Assembly: GCA_950097015.1 (NCBI GenBank)
Contig: CATNEN010000034.1
Span: 2,914,001 to 2,978,000, forward strand
DNA from: Macrostomum hystrix
Lineage: Eukaryota; Animalia; Platyhelminthes
DNA: 64,000 bases
Direction of reading: 5' to 3'
A model generated the notes under the pieces. It worked only from the letters and a program-made list of their open reading frames with translations, made no database searches and was not told the DNA's origin. Of this stretch, positions 35,800 through 47,683 are shown piece after piece. Every line of letters begins with the position of its first letter. Positions within the stretch are counted from its first letter, which is position 1. Position numbers and translations under genes: made by a program.

Positions 35800-36100
35800 C
35801 AATTAATTGATTACACCTGCCCCAATTGGGTCAGATGTGCAGCCGACAGCACAGCCGCAGCTAATGCGCGGCGCATCTGAAGGCTGCGTACAGCTGTTCA
35901 GTCCATGGACTGGGGGGACGCCACACCCACCTTCAATTATCCCAGCTGATGCTGGTACCCATTTAACAGCTGGGTGAACTGAAGCAATGCAGAGTTAAGT
36001 GTCTTGCTAAAGGACACAAATTGTTCAGGGGAGTCGGGAATCGAACCCCCGACCTTCAAGTCGTGAGTCCGACGCCCTAACCACTAGGCTACAACCTCTG
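35800..36100 (-). mobile_element. tRNA-derived CORE-like SINE, family B, full length
   Basis: The head has the A-box TAGCCTAGTGG and B-box GGTTCGATTCC. The central segment is TGTGTCCTTTAGCAAGACACTTAAC...GCTTCAGTTCACCCAGCTGTTAAATGGGTACC. Confidence 0.85.
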
Positions 36101-36979
36101 CTCTACTAAACTCTACTAAGCATATCGTACTACTCAAAAGTACGAGTAGTGACCATTGCGCCCTTAAATAATATGCAAAACCAAATTCAAGGTCGCTTTT
36201 ATATCGCAAATTGCAAGACGCATCGAGCCTGTTATGAGACAGAAGTATTTTCTGACATTGCCGACGTATTTTATGTACATATTTGTTACAGTAGTATCAA
36301 AGCATATATTTGCGAATTATACCCCTCGCGAAAAATTCTATATATATATTGTTATCAAATTTTAACAAGCTAAAATAAAAGTACAAGGCTGTACAGCTTG
36401 GCGTCAGTTAAGAGCCAAGTTAAAAAAATATCAGGCTGCTAAATTGCTAAAGGTTTTGAAATCTGTGCTTAACTCGATACATTGGCTGCCCAATATATTG
36501 TCCAAATATGTACGTTGAGAAATAGGAGATCATTTTACTCAGACAGATAAAAGAAGACAGGCAGGACTTTCTTTTCGCAAATGATTGACTGAAACTCAAT
36601 GAGAAGAAGACTAAATTTTGGCCTCTTAAACCGTTTCTTCATTGTATTTATTAGAATTGATTTGAGAAGTGGACTGGATGTAGGGTTTAAATAGAAGGCC
36701 ATTCAAAGGCATTTAAAAAACCTCTACAGAATTCAACAACTGCTCAAAAAAGACTTTTGAAGAAAACTGGAGTTTTTGCCTGTCAGTTCTTATTAAGTCA
36801 GTTCTTATCTGCTTCATCGATTGCTTTCAGAAAGGGAATGGCTTTTTTCTGCTTTTGCTGCTCACTGACTGTACTAGCAGAAAAATTATGAAAAAAACAG
36901 TTAGTGTTCGAAGCAGAAAGTCCTGCCAGGTATACACTTCAAACAACCACGGAAAAAGTGATGTATACTCAAATATTTT

Positions 36980-37520
36980 TCCGTGAATGGGAGACTGTGT
37001 GAATAGGAGACTGTGTGAATGGGAGCCTGCGTGAATGGGAGACTGTGTGAATGGAAGACTGTGTGAATGGGAGACTGTGTGAATGGGAGACTGTGTGAAT
37101 GGGAGACTGTGTGAATGGAAGACTGCGTGAATGGGAGCCTGCGTGAATAGGAGACTGTGTGAATGGGAGCCTGCGTGAATGGGAGACTGTGTGAATGGAA
37201 GACTGTGTGAATGGGAGACTGTGTGAATGGGAGACTGTGTGAATGGGAGCCTGCGTGAATAGGAGACTGTGTGAATGGGAGCCTGCGTGAATGGGAGACT
37301 GTGTGAATGGAAGACTGTGTGAATGGGAGACTGTGTGAATGGGAGACTGTGTGAATGGGAGACTGTGTGAATGGAAGACTGCGTGAATGGGAGCCTGCGT
37401 GAATGGGAGCCTGCGTGAATGGGAGCCTGCGTGAATGGGAGACTGTGTGAATGGGAGACTGTGTGAATGGGAGGCTGTGTGAATGGGAGACTGTGTGAAT
37501 GGAAGACTGTGTGAATGCAA
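36980..37520. repeat. 16-bp minisatellite
   Basis: TGTGAATGGGAGACTG units. Confidence 0.95.
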
Positions 37521-38177
37521 GACTGTAGATGAGCCTTCTCGTCGTCAGCGTCAACAATATCCACTTTTAGCTACAACAACAAATAGCGTCGATAATCCTG
37601 TTTGTGCAGCATTGAAACCGAGCTGAGAATCATTTTTTGGGTTTTTCGCACCGCCCGAGACTTCCCTGCCTTCAATTCAAATCGCGTGATCCCATCCCAT
37701 CACAAGCAATCTGATCGCACCACAATTCCCCTAGAAAATGTGCTCACGCCCTGGCCGATGCTGCTGGGCCTTCATCGCACAGCCCTGGCGCCATATATTG
37801 AATTAAGCAAATTCATATTTTTAACTGGCACATATTTGTCAGAGAAATGATGACTTGGGCAGAAATGCTGACTGCGTGAAACGTAAGCCACAGCAGGGTT
37901 GTGGCACATTGCTATCCGATTCTTCATCAGTTGTTTCGTTCTCTTGCCTGCGCTGCTGGTGCTTCATCTAGGAATCTGGTGTTACTAATGAGCATCATAA
38001 TGGAGAATGTGCATTTGTCGACTGCCTTTAGTTTATTAATTTTTGTCACATATTATCGAACTTCATATTAAATAGTAGGATAAGCAATACGAAATTAGAT
38101 TGACTGCACTATCGACAGTGAAAAGCTTTTCCATTTTACTTTTGTAATTAGGAATGCGATGCGAGAAAGTAGATAAA

Positions 38178-38268
38178 GATGAGAGCGGAGAGATGAGAGC
38201 GGAGAGATGAGAGCGGAGAGATGAGAGCGGAGAGATGAGAGCGGAGAGATGAGAGCGGAGAGATGAGA
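38178..38268. repeat. 12-bp tandem repeat, about 7 copies
   Basis: GATGAGAGCGGA units. Confidence 0.9.
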
Positions 38269-38707
38269 CACACAATAATTTACTACGGGAGAAAAAAAAA
38301 CAGAACAAGAGTATGTTAGTATATGTTTCATGAAATATTAATTTTTAATTCAAAATTTGAATTGCTTTTGCTGACAATAATCGTGATGCAAAATCCCGAC
38401 ACAGACCTCGAAACATATTTTTACTGAATCGCGATTGCTATTGGCCAAATCTAAATACGAGTGGGCTGATCGGATGTCTGGGGTGATTTTATGGGGGGTT
38501 TAGCCTCTGATCCAATCCCTAGCAGAGTTAAGAGTCTCTGATGGCATTGGTAGAGAGAGAAGAGTTGGGACAGGGCGGGTCATGGCTAGTAAAACTCGCG
38601 TCATCAACGCTCACCCTGACTGCTTGATGGATTCGCCAATTCTGCCAATATCCCATTACATCCCAATTAAAGGTGACGGATTTCTGATTTCAGCGCTGAA
38701 TTACAAA

Positions 38708-41385
38708 ATGGGTCACAAGTCTGTTCAGACGGGATCTTGGCTGCTGCTGCTGCTGCTGCTGCTGTGCTTGGACACTGTAACTGCCAACAAGGGCTTTAGC
38801 CGTGGTAAGGTCCTAGCGCCTGTCCATTCTTAATAATAATTATCTCTGTCTCCTTGGTGCCTCTGTGTCTGTCTGTCTGTCCTTGATGCCTCTGTGTCTG
38901 TCTTCTTGTCTGTCCTTGACGCCTCTGTGTCTGTCTGTCTGTCCTTGATGCCTCTGTGTCTGTCTGTCTGTCCTTGATGTCTCTGTGTCTGTCTGTCTGT
39001 CCTTGATGCCTCTGTGTCTGTCTGTCTGTCCTTGATGCCTCTGTGTCTGTCTTCTTGTCTGTCCTTGACGTCTGTCTGTCCTTGATGTCTTTGTGTCTGT
39101 ATGCCTGTCTGTCCTTGATGTCTTTGTGTCTGTCTGCCTGTCTGTCCTTGATGTCTTTGTGTCTGTCTGCCTGTCTGTCCTTGATGTCTTTGTGTCTGCC
39201 TGCCTGTCTGTCCTTGATGTCTTTGTGTCTGTCTGCCTGTCTGTCCTTGATGTCTTTGTGTCTGTGTGCCTGTCTGTCCTTGATGTCTTTGTGTCTGTCT
39301 GCCTGTCTGTCCTTGATGTCTTTGTGTCTGTCTGCCTGTCTGTCCTTGACGTCTGTCTGTCCTTGATGTTTTTGTGTCTGTCTGCCTGTCTGTCCTTGAT
39401 GTCTGTCTGTCCTTGATGTCTTTGTGCCTGTCTGCCTACCTGTCCTTGATGTCTTTGTCTGTCTGCTTGTCTGTCCTTGACGTTTGCCTGTCCTAGGAGT
39501 CTCTCTGTCCTTGGTGTCTCTATGTCTCTCTCCCTGTCTGTCCATGATGTCTGCCTGTCATTGTTGCCTGTGACATCTAGTGGTGTCTTTCTCTCTATCT
39601 GTATGTTTAGAAGCGGTATTTATATGCATTTTTCAATGCAGCTTTCGAGCATGAATCTAAATTAATTATTAATTTGCTTATCGTTTTGGATTCGAACCCA
39701 GGACCATCCGAAATGCTTTCGAAAAAAAAATTTCGGAAGTAGCACTTTTTTCCAAAGATGCTTGTGCAGTCAATAATATCTTAGATGCGTCATCAGTGGG
39801 TACCTCCTGACCATCATTCAGTGCCGCATGATTCTTGCTAGCTCTCTGTGCTGGAAGAACTTTTCTGTTGTTTTTTTCTCCTTTTTCGCCTGGCGAATCA
39901 AGCCTTTCATTTCCCGTTGCTTGGGGCGAATAATTTTTCTACTTTTTTCTGTTTCTTTGAAGTTGTCAGTCAGTCTGTGCTCGACTCAAGGACTCCGGGG
40001 AAATAACAGGGTGTTGTTCTGGCCGGCGACCTCTCATGTTACCTGTGCCTGCGTCACAAAGTATAGGCTTTGCTTCAGTGTCTAAATGCAAGCCGCGAAC
40101 TTTGCAATTAGACTTTCTTAATGTTGTTTTCCATTTTTGGGAGGCAGATAGATAACAAGTACTGGCTGCCCATTGTCATTCTAGATGCCAGACAAAGCTA
40201 GATAGATGCTGTCAGGTAGATGCTGTCAGATAGATGCTGTCAGATGGATGCTGTCAGATGGATGCTGTCAGATAGATACTGTCAGATAGATACTGTCAGA
40301 TGGATGCTGTCAGATAGATGCTGTCAGATAGATACTGTCAGGTAGATACTGTCAGGTAGATACTATCAGGTAGATGCTGTCAGGTAGATACTGTCAGGTA
40401 GATGCTGTCAGATGGATGCTGTCAGATAGATGCTGTCAGATGGATGCTGTCAGATGGATGCTGTCAGATAGATGCTGTCAGGTAGATACTGTCAGGTAGA
40501 TGCTGTCAGATGGATGCTGTCAATAAGATGCTGTCAGATGGATGCTGTCAGATAGATGCTGTATAATATATGAACTTGTTATAACATCGCTGTCACATTT
40601 CTAAGGATTATTTTAAAGTCTTCACCTGTTTGGAAGCTAAATATGTAAATTAAACCGTGCGGTATAGTTCAAATGAAAGTTACATTACCAGGATGCTCAT
40701 GTTCAATTGGGAGCGCTAGAGGTTAGAGACGCGCAATTCTGAAGGAGAGGTCGAGAGTTCGAATCTTGCGCCAAAGTAAAGCCAATTTACAACCTTAAGC
40801 AGGACACCAAATCGCCTATTGCTTCAGTTCACACAGCTGTGAAAACAAGCAGAACTATGAGCGGTTGTGGCGACCTCCCCAGTGCACAGACTGTACAGTT
40901 CACAGACTGAGAAGACTATGCTGTCTTCTCTCTCTGGCTTTAGATTTAGACATAAATCTAAAACCGCCAGCCAATCAATAAGTGGGACGGGGTTAGAACT
41001 AGCACGAAGGCCACACAAACCCCACACAAACAGGAGAAGAGGGCTGATTGGCTCAAGCCAAGCGGGGCTGAGATAAGGGAAGAGAAATAGAAGAAAAAGT
41101 TCAGCCAATCGGATCAGGGCTCGGGGTAAATGCGGGAGATAAGGCAAACCAGCCAGAACTCCAACACGTTTTCCAGAGGAGTCTGCCGCCAATCGCTTCG
41201 AGCCAGACGACGAAGAACGAGCTGACGAGGAATTCGCAGCCGGCGCTAGCAACGAAGATGACTGGACGCCTGCGAGGAGGGGTCGCGTGACTTTGCGAAT
41301 GCTCGAGCGGCTGCGAGCCAAGGAGGCCCCAGTCAGTAGGATCAAGCGCTGCCGAATCGGTCGAGCAGCCTGCATGCTGGGCTGA
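38708..41385 (+). CDS. Small secreted prepropeptide (candidate neuropeptide precursor), 101 aa, two exons
   Basis: Exon 1 (38708-38804) has a good ATG context, encodes a signal peptide MGHKSVQTGSWLLLLLLLLCLDTVTA and ends in a phase-1 donor G|GTAAGG. Exon 2 (41177-41385) has the acceptor CGTTTTCCAG in matching phase and encodes an acidic pro-region, RRGR, then RIKR-CRIGRAACMLG-stop. AATAAA is at 41582. Confidence 0.72.
38845..39480. repeat. Compound (GTCT)n-based minisatellite (about 32-bp unit) in the prepropeptide intron
   Basis: CCTTGATGTCTTTGTGTCTGTCTGCCTGTCTGT units. Confidence 0.92.
40198..40560. repeat. 14-bp minisatellite
   Basis: TAGATGCTGTCAGA units. Confidence 0.95.
40700..40850 (+). 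mobile_element. Degenerate tRNA-derived SINE head; related heads lie near 7030-7160 (-), 23420-23515 (+) and 49100-49250 (-)
   Basis: B-box GAGTTCGAATC followed by CCTATTGCTTCAGTTCACACAGCTG, similar to the family B core. Confidence 0.5.
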
Positions 41386-41774
41386 ATGACGATAATGACG
41401 GTGGGGCAGATTCCCCTCACCGCACTGTCAGCATCCCCTTATAACTGTGCGCTCCTCTATTGAATTTATTAATCTCCTTGTTAGCAAAAGCAACTCCTGG
41501 CGTAATTCCAAATAGCGGTCATGTGACTGCAGAGCTAATATTATAATATAAAGATTCCATCTGTAATTGGGAACAAAAGAAAATAAATAAACTGCACAGA
41601 AGCGCGTGCTGAAACTCAAGGCGAGGACTTTCAGCTCGTTACAAAAATTATCCCATTTGTTGAGCAAGCCTTTCATAGTGGATATCCCATGCTTTTGTGA
41701 CAGAAGCACTGATACAGATCTTGATCATAGCATCCACTGAGTTACATTTTGATGCACGAATCATTCATTACTCT

Positions 41775-43620
41775 ACCTGTATGATAGTCTCACTGTCTCA
41801 GTTACTCTACCTGTATGATAGTCTCACTGTCTCAGTTACTCTACCTGCATGATAGTCTCACTGTCTCAGTTATTCTACCTGCATGATAGTCTCACTGTCT
41901 CAGTTACTCTACCTGTATGATAGTCTCACTGTCTCAGTTATTCTACCTGTATGATAGTCTCACTGTCTCAGTTAATTCTACCTGTATGATAGTCTCACTG
42001 TCTCAGTAATTCTACCTGTATGATAGTCTCACTGTCTCAGTTATTCTACCTGTATGATAGTCTCACTGTCTCAGTTATTCTACCTGCATGATAGTCTCAC
42101 TGTCTCAGTTATTCTACCTGTATGATAGTCTCACTGTCTCAGTTATTCTACCTGTATGATAGTCTCACTGTCTCAGTAATTCTACCTGTATGATAGTCTC
42201 ACTGTCTCAGTAATTCTACCTGTATGATAGTCTCACTGTCTCAGTTATTCTACCTGTATGATAGTCTCACTGTCTCAGTTATTCTACCTGCATGATAGTC
42301 TCACTGTCTCAGTTATTCTACCTGCATGATAGTCTCACTGTCTCAGTTATTCTAACTGTATGATAGTCTCACTGTCTCAGTTACTCTACCTGCATGATAG
42401 TCTCACTGTCTCAGTTATTCTACCTGCATGATAGTCTCACTGTCTCAGTTATTCTACCTGCATGATAGTCTCACTGTCTCAGTTATTCTACCTGCATGAT
42501 AGTCTCACTGTCTCAGTTATTCTACCTGTATGATAGTCTCACTGTCTCAGTTATTCTACCTGTATGATAGTCTCACTGTCTCAGTTATTCTACCTGTATG
42601 ATAGTCTCACTGTCTCAGTTATTCTACCTGCATGATAGTCTCACTGTCTCAGTTATTCTACCTGCATGATAGTCTCACTGTCTCAGTTACTCTACCTGCA
42701 TGATAGTCTCACTGTCTCAGTTACTCTACCTGCATGATAGTCTCACTGTCTCAGTTACTCTACCTGCATGATAGTCTCACTGTCTCAGTTATTCTACCTG
42801 CATGATAGTCTCACTGTCTCAGTTATTCTACCTGTATGATAGTCTCACTGTCTCAGTTATTCTACCTGTATGATAGTCTCACTGTCTCAGTTACTCTACC
42901 TGCATGATAGTCTCACTGTCTCAGTTATTATACCTGCATGATAGTCTCACTGTCTCAGTTATTCTACCTGTATGATAGTCTCACTGTCTCAGTTATTATA
43001 CCTGCATGATAGTCTCACTGTCTCAGTTATTCTACCTGTATGATAGTCTCACTGTCTCAGTTATTATACCTGCATGATAATCTCACTGTCTCAGTTATTC
43101 TACCTGTATGATAGTCTCACTGTCTCAGTTATTCTACCTGCATGATAGTCTCACTGTCTCAGTTATTCTACCTGTATGATAGTCTCACTGTCTCAGTTAC
43201 TCTACCTGCTATGATAGTCTCACTGTCTCAGTTACTTCTACCTGCATGATAGTCTCACTGTCTCAGTTATTCTACCTGTATGATAGTCTCACTGTCTCAG
43301 TTACTCTACCTGCATGATAGTCTCACTGTCTCAGTTATTCTACCTGTATGATAGTCTCACTGTCTCAGTTATTCTACCTGCATGATAGTCTCACTGTCTC
43401 AGTTATTCTACCTGTATGATAGTCTCACTGTCTCAGTTACTCTACCTGCATGATAGTCTCACTGTCTCAGTTACTCTACCTGCATGATAGTTTCACTGTC
43501 TCAGTTATTCTACCTGTATGATAGTCTCACTGTCTCAGTTATTCTACCTGCATGATAGTCTCACTGTCTCAGTTATTCTACCTGTATGATAGTCTCACTG
43601 TCTCAGTTATTCTACCTGCA
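41775..43620. repeat. 34-bp minisatellite, about 54 copies
   Basis: ATGATAGTCTCACTGTCTCAGTTATTCTACCTG(T/C) units. Confidence 0.97.
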
Positions 43621-44079
43621 TCTGTAATAGCTTTTTCGTTCTGGGAAACCTTGATTTTTTTAATCCAAAGGTTTGTTTTAAAGCTGCAACAATTTACAAG
43701 CACCACTAAGAACTCAAAGCAGAGCTCCTTTTGCTTGAATGCGTTTTCTGAAGCGATGCATCTAGGCTATTTAGCAATCAACAAAAACTGTCTAAAATAA
43801 AGCTAAAAACAGAAACACAATGGCACCCTATAGATGGATGGATGATATAAGTGAGCTAATTGAGTTTTATAATCGATACACAGCAATTTAAGCTATCTGT
43901 TCATTTAGATCTACAAAACCAAACCACTTAATGAATTGCATGCATAATATTCGACGCAGTTTTAAAAATATATTTTAGAAAATGAAAAAAAAATTGCTAC
44001 TAGTCATTTTTATTTTCTCACACCACATTCTTTGGCGATTTCCAAGAATACGCGATCCCAAGAATGTGCGTATTTCTAG

Positions 44080-44450
44080 AATCAGCGAATTCCTAAAATT
44101 GGCTAATAACTCAGAATCGGCAAATTCCTAGAATTGGCGAATTACAAAAAATCAGCAAATTCCTAAAATCAGAAAGTTCCTAAAATCACCAAAGTCCTAA
44201 AAATCTGCGTATTCCTAGAATCAGCGAATTCCAAGAATCTTCGAATTCCTAGAATCTGCGAATTCCTAGAATCTGCGAATTCCTAGAATCTGCGAATTCC
44301 TAGAATCTGCGAATTCCTAGAATCTGCGAATTCCTAGAATTGGCTAATTACTCAGAATTGGCAAATTCCTAGAATCTGCGAGTTCCTAGAATTAGCGAAT
44401 TCCTAGAATTCCTAGAATAAGCTAACTGCTAGAATCGGCAAATTCGTTAG
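44080..44450. repeat. Degenerate 17-bp tandem repeat
   Basis: GAATTCCTAGAATCTGC units, homogeneous at 44245-44340 and decaying outward. Confidence 0.85.
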
Positions 44451-45130
44451 ATCGAATTCTAAATAAACAGAATTCCTCGGAGCAGCGAATTTCTTAGAAT
44501 CTGCTTATTCAAATTCATTTGATTGGCTAATTATTTGCACTGTTGAGTCTCACAGAATTCAGAATTAAATTAGCAGATTCCTAGAATTCGTGATTTCCTT
44601 TGATATTGACAAAAATATTTAGGTCCATTAGCTTTCAAAAGCTGAAGGTTATTAAGCAGTCAGTCATTGTACCGAACTGTGTTGAGTTCCATTTCATAAG
44701 TTTTTTTTGCAATAATAATTGCGTCTTGCCCAACCATTTCTTGCTAATTATACGAGCCAACATTTGAGCTTGTAGATGGATAAATCTGCATTCTCATCGC
44801 TTCAAACAACAACCCCAAACCAGGCATGAGAACAGAAAGTCAAGCTAATTTTATGAAAGTGATAGCAGTAGACCGAAACAAAAATAAAAATTTGTATGTG
44901 AAACGGCAATCTATTTCAATTGTAAATGTTTTTACTCTACAAAGAATCAAGGGAGAAATCAATTTTATAGATACAGTTTGCAATGGGTAGCATTGCAATT
45001 AGGCTTATCTACTGTTTATTAGGCTAGGTCAATTTAAACAGCAGGAAAACGGCATAATTGACTTCATATGAAAAATCAACAAGAAAACTGCTTAGAGAAG
45101 CAATGGCCTTCTGTTAAGTTCAGGTTGCTC

Positions 45131-47683
45131 TCAGACAGGCACGTGTGAACTTTGAGTATCAGGGCGAGCAGTCAAGCTAGGCGGGTGGGATGAGCTCTGC
45201 TGCTGCTGCACCACCATGGCCTGTGTTATTTCATTGTACTTTGGCGGCTCTTCGTCAGCAGCGAAGCCGGCGTTGGCAGCTCCGGCGGCCACGTCATCGT
45301 AGCTCGGTGGCATATCCGGCCTGCGGCAGATCCTGTCTGAGCGAGCCTGCGGAAGACGCCCGTCAGTCACCGTTCTCGGCCTTTGTCGCTGCTGATTGGC
45401 CTGAGATTGTGCTCTGCTATTTAGCCAGATTCGTCGCTTGTGCAGACAGACTGACAGTATTAGGAAGGCCACAACGCTGACGGTGATGCCGATTGTGACG
45501 CGAAGAATGATGGACCAGGACTGATTAGCGCTCGTTTCGAAGCAGTGACTCTCGTCACTGCCGTCGCTGCAGTGAACGCGGCCATCACAAAGGTTTATGA
45601 CTGGGATGCATTGCTGAAGATTGTAGCAGGTCCATTCTGAAAAGCATGTAGTGGAATACTGTTTTCTCTTTCATAATAAAACGATACCCACCACTTTGAT
45701 GGTGCGGCTGGGCAGAACTGGGAATCTCCGAATGCTAACAGTCTAAATGCAAACAACAAAGTTTTCTCCACCAGCTCACCAGACCACCCGCATTGAACAG
45801 ATCCGTTGCTGACAGTCCCGCACTTTCCCTTGTTGAAGACGAGGTCATCAAGTATCACTCTATTTAGCTGGTCTCGCTTGGCCACCGAAATCGTGATTCT
45901 CACGACTGGCGACTTCGCAATTGCGGACTCAAGGCGACCGCTGAGGCGAGACCACGAATTGATTGGCGCAGTCGCAGTCAGCAGGAGTGCATTCGTGGGA
46001 TGGATTCCGGATATCCTGGCTTCAACTTTTATGCTGTAACCACTTAAACCGATTCCGTAGAACCATATTTCAAAACACCACTCCGTGCCAAACGGCAGCC
46101 GTCGCTTGGATTCGAGAATTCCTTCATGTTGTCTGGTGCTTGGTTGCATCATCAGAACATTCTGTCGCATGTTCTGTAGTGCCATGCTCGACGTGTGATC
46201 GTTAACTATGGCATTGAACAGCCGATAGATTTCCGTATTAGAGACTATCTGCAGGTTGGTCGTGTCCCAGCCGCACGTGGACCACTCGAACGAACAGACG
46301 GTAGGCATGCGGCTCTCATATACCGAGTCATCGCAAGCTCTGGGCTCGGAGCTCAAGTCATCCAGCCAGTAAGCAGTCGCACCAGCGGTTTGGTTCTGCG
46401 ACCCCGACTGGATAACGATCATGCTGATTCTGTCTTCGCTGAAGGAAGCATCGAGCTGCACCTCAGCAAGGTTCCAGAACTGTTCAGAGCCGGTAGGCAA
46501 TCGTAGATATACTCGACCACTGCTCGGCTCCATTAGTACCAGAGCGTTGCTAAGCCCACTGGATAGCCAGAAAAATCGATAGCAGGTTGGCGATAGCGGG
46601 TTCGCTGTCCTATCGATGCCTGATAGCAAATAATTGATGGCACTCGATGAGCTCGAACTCAACCGCAATCTGAGGCTGCAGTCTCGGCTTCTAGGCGCAA
46701 GGAAATGGCGCGAGTGGTCCCGGCTGCAGTCTAGGTTGGCTGCTGTGCTAATTTGGGCACTCAGTTGGCCGAGGGCAAAGTTTGTGCCGAAGCTCCTGCT
46801 CGAGTTGCAGCGGGCGTGTTCATAGCTCTCGTCGCTCGAATTGCCAACGAAGAAGTCGCTCTCGTACTCCAGGTTTTGGTTCGAGTCGCAGTCGTTTTTC
46901 CAGTCGCAGCGCGAGCTAAAGTGATCAAATTGTGCATGGATAGAATTAACTTTCCTGAAATCTTCGCTGTTCAAAGCTTCCTCAAACTGAATTGTCCACC
47001 CCTTGGATCCTATAGAATCTTCTCAATCGAGCCTCGATTTAAATTTGAATTACTCGTAGAAAGGCTCACCTAATGTTAACGTGGCTGCCATTCAGGCATC
47101 GATGTTTCCACACCAAGCTGTCCAGCTGTTGCATGCCCTGCAGAGAGCCAGAGTCTTGAACCTTGAACTCGGCGTAAAACCTCGTCACTCTGCCGAGAGT
47201 GTTCTGATAAATCTGCTTGTTAACCACAGCGATCTTGTGCCTGTCATTTCCGTTGGAAAGTTTCAGACATATTGGTCCACTCAGTAGATGATAAGGTCGA
47301 ACTGATGCGATGCTGTTGCTTCTTTCCCAAGTGAGGGAGCCATTTCCAGAGTAGACAAGGTATGCTTCGTATTTATTAACACCTCCGATTAAAATCTGGG
47401 TCTCTTCGCTGGAATGGTTGTTCACGGTGAAGAGCTCGACCTCCTTGAATCGGACGCAAAAGAGGTCGGTAGCGTGGTCCAGTCGCACCTTGAAATCATA
47501 GACGCAGTAGGACTCGACAGGCAAAGAGTGGGGAAAATTTTCGCTGACAAAAACTCCCCGACTGTTAGGACTGATCAAACGACCATCGACTAAAAACACT
47601 TCCCAACAGGTGCAGCGGCCTTCCTGTGGCAGTAAGAGAAGCAGTAGGAATCCGGAAAACAGGCCGAACGACTTTAAAATCAT
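45131..47683 (-). CDS. Type I membrane protein: signal peptide, CUB-like, degenerate MAM, MAM, LDLa, TM and a cytoplasmic tail with PPxY motifs, about 764 aa
   Basis: Exons 47683-47070, 46954-45780 and 45636-45131 join in phase (2295 nt). MAM reads CSFEWSTCGW...DHT...CFEIWFY...ILDDLVFNKGKC. The LDLa CGWS|EWTCYNLQQCIPVINLCDGRVHCSDGSDESHC is completed only by splicing. The TM is IILRVTIGITVSVVAFLILSVCL, and the tail has PPSY and PPKY. Confidence 0.85.

Noticed and set aside
36025-36100. Possible tRNA gene (A and B boxes, CAC anticodon-like loop)
   Set aside because: The acceptor and anticodon stems pair poorly, and the sequence continues into a 230-bp body shared with other copies. It is a SINE head.
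37915-37945. Hammerhead ribozyme core (rc CGAAAC...CTGATGA)
   Set aside because: The spacing leaves no room for the required stems. No other CTGANGA...GAAA arrangement was noticed by eye.
39940-40010. Extra internal exon of the prepropeptide gene after the strong acceptor at about 39962
   Set aside because: In the required phase it meets a TAA stop before any plausible donor.
40824-41420. 198-aa minus-strand ORF
   Set aside because: It is an antisense shadow of the prepropeptide exon 2 and has no recognisable domain.
45595-45779. C-terminal 60 aa of the 459-aa ORF as real protein
   Set aside because: This is intron read-through. Splicing 45780 to 45636 restores a complete six-cysteine LDLa module and the TM exon.
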